DNA of 64,000 nucleotides from Candidatus Micrarchaeota archaeon. Lineage in GTDB: Archaea; Micrarchaeota; Micrarchaeia; Anstonellales; Bilamarchaeaceae. The position numbers and the translations under genes are program-made. Where the stretch lies: contig CAZYJW010000002.1 of the NCBI GenBank assembly GCA_964647855.1, positions 244,399-308,398 of the forward strand, in the 5' to 3' direction. Shown piece after piece: positions 43,901 to 52,296 of the stretch. Positions within the stretch are counted from its first letter, which is position 1; each line of letters opens with the position of its first letter. The notes beneath the pieces are model-generated. The model was not told the origin of the DNA. It saw only the letters and a list, made by a program, of their open reading frames with translations, and made no database searches.

Positions 43901-46900
43901 TAAGGAGGATGGCCGGGAGGAGCTGGAGCGCGCCGCGGAGGGATTCCTTAAGGCGGCGACCGCGTTGGAAAAGGGCGCCGGGGCGGATGCGGCCCTTGTT
44001 TCATATGCGGAGTCCGACCTTGCATCAGGTATGGTGGCGGTCGGGAAGCAGAAGCGGATACAGCGCGAGGAGAAAAGGATAGAGAAGAAGCTGCTCGAGA
44101 TGATTGCCGGATGCCGCAGCAGGAACGAGGAAAACAAGAGGGAGTTCATCGATTCCGGGCTGGACGCGCCGCTCACTGACATCTATACCGACCATGGCAC
44201 GGTGCGTGCCGGGGAGGCCGGCCGCCTCGTTAATTATGAGGAGAGGGCGAGGGAGCTCGACGATGCCGAGGAGGATGCGCTGGGCCGCAGATTCCGGGAT
44301 TCGTTCCGCCATATCAGAGCCGCGGAAATCGGCATGGAAATCGACAGGTACAGGGCGGGCGTCGAGGTCGAGTACAGGCGCCTCTATCCCAAGCTTGAGA
44401 CCGCCTGGAGCGAGGAGGGCCTCCAAGCCGTCGAAGTAATGAGGCAGATGGGCCGCGAGGACATGCAGAAGGACCTGTTTTCTGCGGACGCCGCACTCAG
44501 GCGGGGGGATATGGAGGAGGCCGCCGAAGCCATAGCGGGGTTCGGCACAAGATTCCGGGTGGGCGTCGCAATCCAGGAAATCGCACTCCAGGAATGGACG
44601 CTCGGCCGCATATCCTCGGGCCTGGGCGGAATGGCGGAAGCCGCGGCCGGATTCGGATTCGATGAAAAAGTCGTGAAGGAATCCGGCGTGGATTTCACCA
44701 AGGACGCGGGATACGCCATAGAGAAGCTGGGCGAGCACATAAAGCTCAAGAAGGCGACGAACCCGTTTTTCGGATTCGGCGCGCACGATGAGAGCGTTCG
44801 GGCCGTGAGAGCCATCTCCGGGGCAAAGAGCATGGCCATGAAGGCGGCGGAGCTGAAAAAGGCAGCGGACGATACCGCCTCGGCCCTTCGCTCCGAGCGC
44901 ATGGAGCTTCGGGAGCGCCAGGAGGCCGGGGACGGAGACCGTGCCCTTGAGGAAGGGAGCGGAAGGATAGGGAAGCACTTCGAGTCCGCCTCCGAAATAT
45001 CCGGGCGCTATTCGCGAATCGGAGATGGATTCCAGCTTTGGTCCTCGTGCGCGGGGCAGATGCTAAACCTGCTGGACGGGGCCGATTCCATAGAGAAGGC
45101 CCGCGGAAGCGGGGGCTCGCAGGGCGTGCAATACCGCCAGATACGGGAGGATGCGGGCGTTCTGGGGCAGCTTGCGGGCATGGTGGCGTCCGACCCTGAA
45201 GGCGCGGTTGCTTTGGTCCTTTCCGGCCAGTCGGTCGCATACCGGATGGGCACGGGGGATTTCAAGCTGCGCGAAGAGCATGGCGGGTACGCCGAATCGT
45301 CCATACCCCTCCAGAGCCGCAGCGGCAGCTTCGCGGAGCTCTTCGCGCAAGCCAACGAGCGCTCCCTGCATGTCGCCGAGGCTCTTTCGGGAGGACTGTT
45401 CGGAAAGAGGGGGCGCTCCCTCCCAATCGCCAAGGATTACACCGGCCTGGTTCTCCTGAACGCGGGCATCGCGCAATCCGGGGGGGCGCTGAAACAGGTG
45501 GCGCTCGGGCAGAGGGAAAGGGGCGTGGTTTCGCGTGCGCTGAACGGAAGCGGGGGGGCCAACCAGATGATGGGCATGTTCTTCTCCGCCCCGGCGACCC
45601 TGACCAGCTTCTTCTCTACGGACGAAGGCGAGGCGGCGCTCGACTCCATAGTCGGCGGCCTGGAGGCGGGCTCTTCGGCATCCGAAGAAATAAGCAAATG
45701 GGCGCTCCGGGGGGAGCGCATGGATGCTGAGGCTCTCGGACGCCTCTCCGCCCGGATTGACGAGGGCAATAAGAGCGCGAAAAAAGCGTATGACCGGGCA
45801 ATCAAGGAGGGCCTGAGCGACGAGAGCACCGCGAGGGGCGTGCGCGCGCTCTTCGATATGGGCCTTTCAATAGGGCTCACGGCGAGCGGGTTCGGCTCGG
45901 TGGCCGGAATATACGGCGGCACCATGGCCCTGCAGGAGCTCGCTTTCCAGAGCGACAGGGCGGGGGGTTTCGACAACCTTTCCACTTTCGACCAGGTGAT
46001 GGGAGTGGTGAACGTCGGGACCGGATTCGCCGACGGGGCGACGTCATTCCTCGGCGAAATCGGGAAGGCGGGTGGCGCGCTGCACAGCATGCGCATGATT
46101 GACGCGGGGTTCTCATCGTCGGGCCGGGCCGGCAGGATGGCGCTCAGTTTCATGCCGGGTGGGGCCGGCTCCACATGGGCCGGCCGCATCCTCGGCTCGA
46201 CTTCGCTAATTTCCGGCGCGGCCGGCATCCCGATGATGGTTGCCGGATACGCCGAAGGGAAGATGAACTGGTTCGAGTTCGGCGTGGGATTGGCCGGTTC
46301 CCTCCAGCCGGTCGTCGACCACGGCACCGCCTCGCTCGGCTATCGCGGAATGAAAAAACTCGTTCCGGAGGAAGGGGGAGGAGGGCGCGGCGCAAGGGCG
46401 AAGGCCGCAATCCGCGGCTTCGTGTTCGGTTTCACGGGCAACTCTATAATTGGCGACACGGAGGCATACTCGTCCGTACACGCCATAGAAGAGCATGGGA
46501 GGGCGCTATCGAAGCTCAAGGAATCCGAAAGGTCGGATTACTTCAAGGCCGAGGCCATGGCGGAGAGGGGGCTCGGCAGGCCCCTTGAGCCGGAGGAGGG
46601 GGCGTACCTCGCATCGATAATCGGCGGAGGTTCTGCGGGAAAGGACGCCGTTGTGGAGATGCTCGCGAAGCCGAGGATGGATGCCGATTTCCGGATGTAC
46701 CTCATGCGGAAGGCGGGCGAGGAAATCGACCTTTCCCAATTCAACGCGGATGAGAGGCGGTTTCTGGAAGGGCTGCTGCCCCTTGACAAGGATGCCGCAT
46801 GGAACGCGATTGCGGGCAGGGAATACCGCGAAGCGGAGCGCATTCTCGTCGGCGAAGGCATCGAGGCTCCGGGCTTCCACCCGTTTGCAAGAAGGGTTGG

Positions 46901-49346
46901 CGAGCTCCGGGAGGCGTTTGGGCTTCTGAAGGAGGGCCGGCTGACGGATTCCGCCAGGAAGCGTCTCGCTATTGGCGATTCGGAGATGAAAGTGTTCGCC
47001 GGAATGAGCGGCGAAGCCGTTGGCGATGCGGTCGGGTTGGTGGGTGGTTCTGAATTGCCGGATTTGCTGAAGCCCGGCCAGGCCAGCCTCATTGTGGATT
47101 CTTCGCACGAAAAGGCCGGCGCTTCTAAGGAGCATGTCGAGGCGGCGATCAGCTGGCTTGCCGGAAGGCACTCCGACCCGGTGCGGGAAATCGAAAGCGA
47201 GTTTGGGTATGTGCCCGGCTCTTCCGGCCTCGAAGCCGAGCTGATGTCAAGGCGCGGGAGCGTTTCGGCGGCCACGGGCAGTAAACCCGCGGAAGCCGGA
47301 GTGATCAGAACGGCCCGGACCCTCGAGAGGATGATTTCCCAGAGGGATGAGACGGGCCGGATGCCCCGGGAACTGCTTGACGGCCTCTGCGCCGCATATC
47401 CCGAGTACGGGGGGGCGCTGCGCGATCTTGACGCCGCGCACGCGGACGAGCTGCCGCATCTGGTGCGCCAGGAGGCCGAGGCCATCGCGTATTCCAGGCG
47501 CTCGGGAGAAATCGAGGCGGCAATCCTTGAATCAGGGCTGGACAAAGAGACCGCGAATGTCGCACGGATAATCCATAAATCCCTGCATGGGGAGCGCACG
47601 GATGCGGGGATAGCGCATCTTGACGATGCGGTCATCGAAGACGTGACAAGGCTGGTCGCCGGCGGGATGGAGGAGGCCGATGCGGTCGTGGAGGCGGCGC
47701 TTGGCGTGTCGAAGAGGGCCGAAGAAGCGCGCGCCCAGAATCTCGCGCGTGACGGACTGCTCGATGCGGGGCGGGCCGGAAGTGCTGTCGAATCGCTGGG
47801 CATGTCGAAGGAAAGGCCCCAGGAGCGCGCAGAGGTCATCAGCCTGGCCGAAAGGAGAATGGGCAGGGACGGCGGGCCTCCGGACGGGCCGGCGCCTCCG
47901 GATTCGGCCAGGGCTAAGGAAGCGGAGCTCGCGCGGACCGGGACCGACGGCCGTGTCGAAGCGGTCGGAACCATGGCGGAAGACGGCGATGGCATTGCGG
48001 AGGGCACGATAGTCAGCGGGCCCGGCAGCTGGTTTCGGAGATGGAAGGAGAAGTCGAAGGCCGGAAAGTCGGGCCGGGGGGACGGAGCGGCACAGGATGC
48101 CCCGGCGGGCGCCAGAATCCGGACAGGGGACGCTCCCGTCAAGAAGGCGGCGGAAGTAGTCCTTCCCGAAACTCTCAGGGACCCTCGCGCCGAACCGTTC
48201 AAGGACCGGTACGAATTCGTTTCACCGGATGGGAGGAAGCTCAAGGTCAGGGACTCGCCGCAGGCCACGCTCGGCGGGAGAATCGGCTCGGGCGCCGGTT
48301 GCGAGGTTTTTTCCGGGAGGATGATGGTTGATGGCCGCGAGAAGGAAGTCGCAATAAAGGTCCTCTCCGTATCCAAGGAGCAGGGCGAGGACAATATCGG
48401 GTGGGAGGAGAGGATGGACAAGGCGGTCGGCGAGCTCGAGCGCCTCGGGGTGGGAAGCAGGCTCGGGGTCGGCCCGGCGCCCCTCGGATTCGTGGAGGTG
48501 GGCGGGAATCCCGCAATCGCGATGGAGCTTGTAAGGGGAAAGCCGCTGGAGGAGATGGATGCCGGCGAAATCCGGGAATTCGTATCGGAAAAGACCATAT
48601 CAAGCCTGGGTGATTCATACTGGAAGATGCGGAACGGCGGGTATATGCAGGATGACTTCCAGTATCTCGTGCTGACAGAGGACCAGACGATCGGGGGCAT
48701 ATCGCGGAGCAAGGGCGAGGTGGTATTCATAGACATGGAATCGCTGAAACCAGTGGGGGAGTCCGGCAGGATAGAGATGTTCGGGGATACGACACTGGAA
48801 ACCGAAGCAAAGGCCATCCGCAGCCATTGCGCCTTCGCATTCTTCAGCGAATACTACTCTGCGCTCTCAGCAGCAAAGGACCGGGCGCCCAAGGCGGAAC
48901 TTGACATGGCGATGTCGGGCGTGTTCGGATGGAAGGCGGCCAATCCGATAAATATCGCCTCGGCCGTGAAAATGGATTCCCGAAAAAGGGTGGATGCGGT
49001 CGAAGCCGCCCTCAGAAAGATGGAGGCGGAAAGTCCGGCGCAAGCGGAAAAAACGAGGGAGGCGCTCAGGAGGGCTGGGGCGGAATCCAAGGTGGTTTTC
49101 GTAGCAGACGACGTTTCGCTCGCATGGTACGCCCGTGAGGTCGTGCTGGATAGGGGCGGCGCGGGCTTCGCGCTCGATTCCCTGGGCCAGCGTGAGGCCA
49201 GATTCGTGAGAATGCTCGCGGAAGACGATAAGTTCCGCCTCAACGCTTCCGGAAGCGAGAAATCATTCAAGCGTTTCATCAGCAACGCAAGGTCCGGAGC
49301 CGCCCTGCTCGGGCAAGCCCGCCGCAGGTCGGAAACGCCGGAATAG
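40929..49346 (+). CDS. Giant protein 1 (2,805 aa), unknown family; central Gly/Ala-rich hydrophobic block and C-terminal protein-kinase-like domain
   Basis: One uninterrupted ORF in the track. It starts at GTG 40929 or ATG 40932, directly abutting the stop of the RecJ-like gene. Composition is Ala/Glu/Gly/Arg-rich and non-repetitive. All long ORFs on other frames or the opposite strand inside it look like GC-rich shadows. Confidence 0.85.
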   Translation: MMGMTGFKMRGESGAQGAAPAISDRTGGALANQTLADFNAVWQRHFGGTAIAAIAEVSSRHVSLIAGSIDRRLGISDFLGSTSGRPQAAIISNLSNQALIAAQQDQMQRAIALIKEADEKLQAAVSVDRRGKDLDEAEAKEKAKDESAVSEAKEALTASISDAGTASAGRMQMIGEAVGFYARNRAVLGLPGMEEQKRALLNFITALGREAKEGGLFEKEAKAGEFAAIRGRIEPVAMERTGFALAAATSAMESASRALGLGGVSAEFRKAAMRIRDNAERIRNAMREGGQAPEEQTRGLMAAATLAKQANEALSAMGGRLREQVSTIFARMLDAGQAGDMKTAGVQAFIARECALAKAPAREALGAISASLESGKIRLSEAIDGAAKYISGILKGKAKGIVHEGALNPLRKLIDRLDGGKATVNDLESARIAAGLAESYKKDIPALSKNAKAQEGAKAIYSRAFSAAAGGLVRFASLQGRIAGLFGKKRMSKVRDGLEGISNRAERAAKLTILHQLVREGMKPDEAALLCAEGDESILNSYKAMADPDATLEAEGKMLEMSVFAAELRSVLAKKALGDESGIYKAAVEWLDERIISAIAGGGQPHAQDNRALFALAAIHSGDSRAMAQFLLEEPELLGLMDGVGGIETALEGVHGDEKADVQDILWSAQEAVFGGRFAEAAGHMVAASAAARLGGKDGKMLEERSYGAACEGTVSARTLLFTARAQLDRALHAGRGDTESDAYFDAAIIAYESGDFNGAQAALSLANLFARAKSAGLSDPRGQEAAAMAREILGDYRGASGRPLFGGCGLRGMIGGDGTLLERLEGAAADAGPMAGWLAGFSGEKKLAALALRVRKAEIGLGRAEMGAALLAVTDGRYDDVYAGREDRYADKAASAQKKGDAVNAERWRKEAERVSNARGLAKGAALAYEEGAQMQEQELDGMLDELARGGAPSESGALKDGALAAGLSIRAMEAASVLHDSIVNVRTDDKEDGREELERAAEGFLKAATALEKGAGADAALVSYAESDLASGMVAVGKQKRIQREEKRIEKKLLEMIAGCRSRNEENKREFIDSGLDAPLTDIYTDHGTVRAGEAGRLVNYEERARELDDAEEDALGRRFRDSFRHIRAAEIGMEIDRYRAGVEVEYRRLYPKLETAWSEEGLQAVEVMRQMGREDMQKDLFSADAALRRGDMEEAAEAIAGFGTRFRVGVAIQEIALQEWTLGRISSGLGGMAEAAAGFGFDEKVVKESGVDFTKDAGYAIEKLGEHIKLKKATNPFFGFGAHDESVRAVRAISGAKSMAMKAAELKKAADDTASALRSERMELRERQEAGDGDRALEEGSGRIGKHFESASEISGRYSRIGDGFQLWSSCAGQMLNLLDGADSIEKARGSGGSQGVQYRQIREDAGVLGQLAGMVASDPEGAVALVLSGQSVAYRMGTGDFKLREEHGGYAESSIPLQSRSGSFAELFAQANERSLHVAEALSGGLFGKRGRSLPIAKDYTGLVLLNAGIAQSGGALKQVALGQRERGVVSRALNGSGGANQMMGMFFSAPATLTSFFSTDEGEAALDSIVGGLEAGSSASEEISKWALRGERMDAEALGRLSARIDEGNKSAKKAYDRAIKEGLSDESTARGVRALFDMGLSIGLTASGFGSVAGIYGGTMALQELAFQSDRAGGFDNLSTFDQVMGVVNVGTGFADGATSFLGEIGKAGGALHSMRMIDAGFSSSGRAGRMALSFMPGGAGSTWAGRILGSTSLISGAAGIPMMVAGYAEGKMNWFEFGVGLAGSLQPVVDHGTASLGYRGMKKLVPEEGGGGRGARAKAAIRGFVFGFTGNSIIGDTEAYSSVHAIEEHGRALSKLKESERSDYFKAEAMAERGLGRPLEPEEGAYLASIIGGGSAGKDAVVEMLAKPRMDADFRMYLMRKAGEEIDLSQFNADERRFLEGLLPLDKDAAWNAIAGREYREAERILVGEGIEAPGFHPFARRVGELREAFGLLKEGRLTDSARKRLAIGDSEMKVFAGMSGEAVGDAVGLVGGSELPDLLKPGQASLIVDSSHEKAGASKEHVEAAISWLAGRHSDPVREIESEFGYVPGSSGLEAELMSRRGSVSAATGSKPAEAGVIRTARTLERMISQRDETGRMPRELLDGLCAAYPEYGGALRDLDAAHADELPHLVRQEAEAIAYSRRSGEIEAAILESGLDKETANVARIIHKSLHGERTDAGIAHLDDAVIEDVTRLVAGGMEEADAVVEAALGVSKRAEEARAQNLARDGLLDAGRAGSAVESLGMSKERPQERAEVISLAERRMGRDGGPPDGPAPPDSARAKEAELARTGTDGRVEAVGTMAEDGDGIAEGTIVSGPGSWFRRWKEKSKAGKSGRGDGAAQDAPAGARIRTGDAPVKKAAEVVLPETLRDPRAEPFKDRYEFVSPDGRKLKVRDSPQATLGGRIGSGAGCEVFSGRMMVDGREKEVAIKVLSVSKEQGEDNIGWEERMDKAVGELERLGVGSRLGVGPAPLGFVEVGGNPAIAMELVRGKPLEEMDAGEIREFVSEKTISSLGDSYWKMRNGGYMQDDFQYLVLTEDQTIGGISRSKGEVVFIDMESLKPVGESGRIEMFGDTTLETEAKAIRSHCAFAFFSEYYSALSAAKDRAPKAELDMAMSGVFGWKAANPINIASAVKMDSRKRVDAVEAALRKMEAESPAQAEKTREALRRAGAESKVVFVADDVSLAWYAREVVLDRGGAGFALDSLGQREARFVRMLAEDDKFRLNASGSEKSFKRFISNARSGAALLGQARRRSETPE

Positions 49347-49413
49347 GCGATTTCGACAATAACCGGTGGCCGCCCGGCAAGCTTTATAAATCTCTGCGAT
49401 TCTCAGGGATTCG

Positions 49414-50562
49414 ATGAGAGACCCCACCCATAGGACTAGCGCTCATCGCAGGCCTTGCGCCCCGGGACGGACGGAAGCGCCCGGGCCCAGGCTTAGGGAG
49501 ATTGTGAAGCCCCCGTCGGTCTACATCTCGAGCAGGTCCTCCCTTCGCGGGTTCTGGTACAACAAGGGCATATTGGCGAAATGGAACAGGGCCGACCAGG
49601 TCCTGCACGGCATGAGGTGGGACTACTACAGAACGTTCGGCATCAGGCTGGCGGACATTTCGCTAATCGAGAGCCATTTCATGCGCAGGCACGCCCAGCT
49701 CGCGGCTGAAGAATCCGTGGAAAGGATGCGCCCGCCCGATTTGCGCCCATCGTGCGCCGAGATGTTCCACAGCCAGGAGGCGCATCATGCGGCATGGGCG
49801 GCCCCCCCGCGCGGCGCCGGGCGTGGCCGGGCATGCGCATCCGGGCAGGACCCGTATCAGGATACCCTGAACTTGCGCGCCTTGCAGGAAACCCCGCGCC
49901 AAAACCCGGCAGCGGCGGGCGGCTACGCAGCGCAGACTGATGATGCGCGGGAGGTGGCGGGGATTCCTTCGCGAAGGATGGCCGCGGAACCCGCCCCGCA
50001 TCCGGCCGTTGCCGCATATCCCGAATTCCGTGCGAAAGCCGCTCCGGCGGCATATTCCCCAATGGAGGAATCCGTGCAATCCGGAACCGTCGTCACCCCA
50101 TACGGAAATCCGCTACAGGCCCCCGCGCTTCCATCAGAATGGATGCGGAGCGGTGCGGGGGGCAAGGAAGCGGACGAAGCCCCCGTGGCGCGTCCGTGCG
50201 CCCCGCCCGTGCGTGATGTGCGGGGCTTCGGGTGCCCGCGCAATCATCATAAGGCCCGGAGCATGATTCAGGTTGCGCGGCCGCCGGCTCCCAGTGCATC
50301 GCAGGCAGAGATGGAAGCGGACGGAGCGCCCCAGGTCATCCGTGGGATGGATTCGGGCGGCCGGCATCGCGAAACACTCCGGGTTCATGCATGCCGGTTC
50401 GAGGCGTTCGCGCCGCAGGGCGATGGAATCAGCAGGGGGCTGACGCCCCCCGCAGAAAGCGGCCCGGGGGCCGTGGAACGGAAGGGAACGGAAATTCCGC
50501 CCATAAGGAGAAAATCCTTGCGCCTGAGGCATGCGAGCGCGGATGCGATGCCGCCGCAATGA
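49414..50562 (+). CDS. Hypothetical Pro/Ala/Arg-rich protein
   Basis: 382-aa ORF. A consensus TATA TTTATAAA lies at 49383-49390, 24 nt upstream of the ATG (leaderless spacing). The N-terminal ~110 aa look globular and the rest is low-complexity. Coding status is uncertain in GC-rich DNA. Confidence 0.45.
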   Translation: MRDPTHRTSAHRRPCAPGRTEAPGPRLREIVKPPSVYISSRSSLRGFWYNKGILAKWNRADQVLHGMRWDYYRTFGIRLADISLIESHFMRRHAQLAAEESVERMRPPDLRPSCAEMFHSQEAHHAAWAAPPRGAGRGRACASGQDPYQDTLNLRALQETPRQNPAAAGGYAAQTDDAREVAGIPSRRMAAEPAPHPAVAAYPEFRAKAAPAAYSPMEESVQSGTVVTPYGNPLQAPALPSEWMRSGAGGKEADEAPVARPCAPPVRDVRGFGCPRNHHKARSMIQVARPPAPSASQAEMEADGAPQVIRGMDSGGRHRETLRVHACRFEAFAPQGDGISRGLTPPAESGPGAVERKGTEIPPIRRKSLRLRHASADAMPPQ

Positions 50563-51132
50563 TCACTTGTCGAACCGCGACATGTCGTCCGCGACGCGCG
50601 GCTGGTATTCCGCTATGATTTCCTGCGGGGACGGCACCGCGAGGCCGTGCAGGCTCGAGCAGGCCGAGAGAAGGGGCTCGTTGTCGAGCCACCGCCCTAT
50701 CATCTCATCCTGCGTGGAGAAGTAGAATCTGGCGGAGAAGTCCGAGCCGAGCCGCTCGCGCATCGTCGCATAGAGAGAGAAGCTGCCCAGCGTCCCCCTC
50801 TTGTGGACGATTTCACGGAGCTTCCTGAGCCGCTCCACCATGAAGCGCCCGATGCAGAGGCGCGCGACCGCCAGGCCCGCCTCCTCCGGCTTCAGCGACT
50901 GTATCCTTCCGGAAAGGGATTCGAGCGCTTCGTTGTACGCCTTCTCGGCCATCGCGATAGAGACCGAAGAATCGTCCTCGTCCCGCAGTGCCTTGGGCAC
51001 CGGCCCCCGGTCCGCGTCCGCAAGGCCCTCGTAGAAGCGGATGAGCTCGATGCGGTTCCTCTCATGAATGCGCATGGCCGCCGTGTCGGCCCGCTTCTCG
51101 AAAATGTTTTCCTCGGATTCGGAGCCTTCCAT
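50563..51132 (-). CDS. Hypothetical protein, paralogue A of a tandem pair located between the two giant ORFs
   Basis: 189 aa. It shares blocks with 51175..51792: AGLAVARLCIGRFMVERL vs AGLALRVARISFALYMLDKM, RFYFSTQDEMIGRWLDNEPLLSACSS vs RYFMKSRDEILDGYLDAEPALAAISA, and EIIAEYQPRVADDM vs EAIGKYQPKVASMM. Confidence 0.65.
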   Translation of the reverse strand: MEGSESEENIFEKRADTAAMRIHERNRIELIRFYEGLADADRGPVPKALRDEDDSSVSIAMAEKAYNEALESLSGRIQSLKPEEAGLAVARLCIGRFMVERLRKLREIVHKRGTLGSFSLYATMRERLGSDFSARFYFSTQDEMIGRWLDNEPLLSACSSLHGLAVPSPQEIIAEYQPRVADDMSRFDK

Positions 51133-51174
51133 GGGTTGGATTGGGACGGACAGGATTAAAATTCTGCTTGATTG

Positions 51175-51792
51175 TCACCTGGAGGCGGCAACGCCCGCCG
51201 GAAGCGGCTCGATGGGCCCTTCGGGCATCATGGATGCGACCTTGGGCTGGTATTTCCCGATGGCCTCGTGCATCTCAAGGAGCCGGACCCGGCACACCGC
51301 GGATATCGCGGCCAGCGCCGGCTCGGCGTCGAGGTAGCCGTCGAGTATTTCGTCGCGGCTTTTCATGAAATAGCGCTCGTCGAGAAGGCGCCCCACGCCC
51401 GCCCTTGCCGTTGAAAAGAGGGCCGTCATCTTGAAGCCCTTGTCCGACTGCACCGCGCGCGATATCTCGTCCATCTTGTCGAGCATGTAGAGCGCGAACG
51501 AAATCCTTGCGACGCGCAGGGCCAGCCCGGCATCCCCCCGGGGCGGGTTCTCGCGGTCGATGTATTCGGCCATTTCGCGAATCGCGGCCGGGATTTTCTC
51601 GCGTATGCGGGAAAAATGCCACATGCCGGTGAACGCCTCCTCGCGGAGGGACTGCGGCGCCTTGGACTTGTCGGATTCAATCGAATCCTTGAACGTCTTC
51701 ACGAGGGACGCGATGTTCTCCCCCCGCCTCTGGAGCGCGCGCATCTCCATAGGGGAAAGTTGCCTCCCTGCCATGGCACTATTTTGCACCAA
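51175..51792 (-). CDS. Hypothetical protein, paralogue B of the tandem pair
   Basis: 205 aa, homologous to 50563..51132 (see the blocks listed for that gene). An AT-rich promoter region lies upstream at 51800-51860. Confidence 0.65.
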   Translation of the reverse strand: MVQNSAMAGRQLSPMEMRALQRRGENIASLVKTFKDSIESDKSKAPQSLREEAFTGMWHFSRIREKIPAAIREMAEYIDRENPPRGDAGLALRVARISFALYMLDKMDEISRAVQSDKGFKMTALFSTARAGVGRLLDERYFMKSRDEILDGYLDAEPALAAISAVCRVRLLEMHEAIGKYQPKVASMMPEGPIEPLPAGVAASR

Positions 51793-51964
51793 AAAGGTTA
51801 AATATCGGCGTGGGTTCGCGCTGATAATACATCAAAATATATTAATTATAACATAAATCGGCGGCGCGACCGGTGGGCCTCCGCAACGGCCCGTTTTCCG
51901 CCGTGAGGAGGCACGCATACCGATATTATAATAAGGGGCGGACAAATATCTGGAAAGGGGTGTC

Positions 51965-52291
51965 ATGATGGCAAAGGGGAACAGTCAGAAGGCGTCCGCT
52001 CCGCAGGCCGGCAGCCAGCACCGGCTGGAGGATGTCGAGCGGATGGAGGCCCTCGCGCTCGAGAAGGCGAACCAGTGGATATCCGCAATCGAGAACGCGA
52101 TGGCGGTCTGGGAGCTCTCCCAGGAGAAGCCGTCCGAGTTCGAGGAGAGGGCGGGCAAGCTCAAGTTCATCCATGAGGAGCTCTCGGGCTGGGAGAGGGA
52201 GATGCTGCTCCACAAGGGCAAGGACGAGCCAGTGCAGGAAAGAATCGCCCGGCTCAAGGAGTTCACGGAAATCTGCTACAAATACACGTGA
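51965..52291 (+). CDS. Small helical protein (108 aa) immediately upstream of giant ORF 2
   Basis: The track ORF is preceded by the AT-rich ATATTATAATAA at 51923-51934. Its stop codon lies within the SD-like GTGAGG that precedes the giant ORF ATG at 52297. Confidence 0.6.
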   Translation: MMAKGNSQKASAPQAGSQHRLEDVERMEALALEKANQWISAIENAMAVWELSQEKPSEFEERAGKLKFIHEELSGWEREMLLHKGKDEPVQERIARLKEFTEICYKYT

Positions 52292-52296
52292 GGCTT

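Noticed and set aside
41468-48817. Long minus-strand ORFs inside giant ORF 1 (for example 42156..43871 at 571 aa and 46538..48817 at 759 aa)
   Set aside because: They are antisense shadows of the 2,805-aa ORF, with Ser/Pro/Arg/Ala-rich low-complexity translations. A single uninterrupted 8.4-kb sense frame is far less likely to arise by chance than these.
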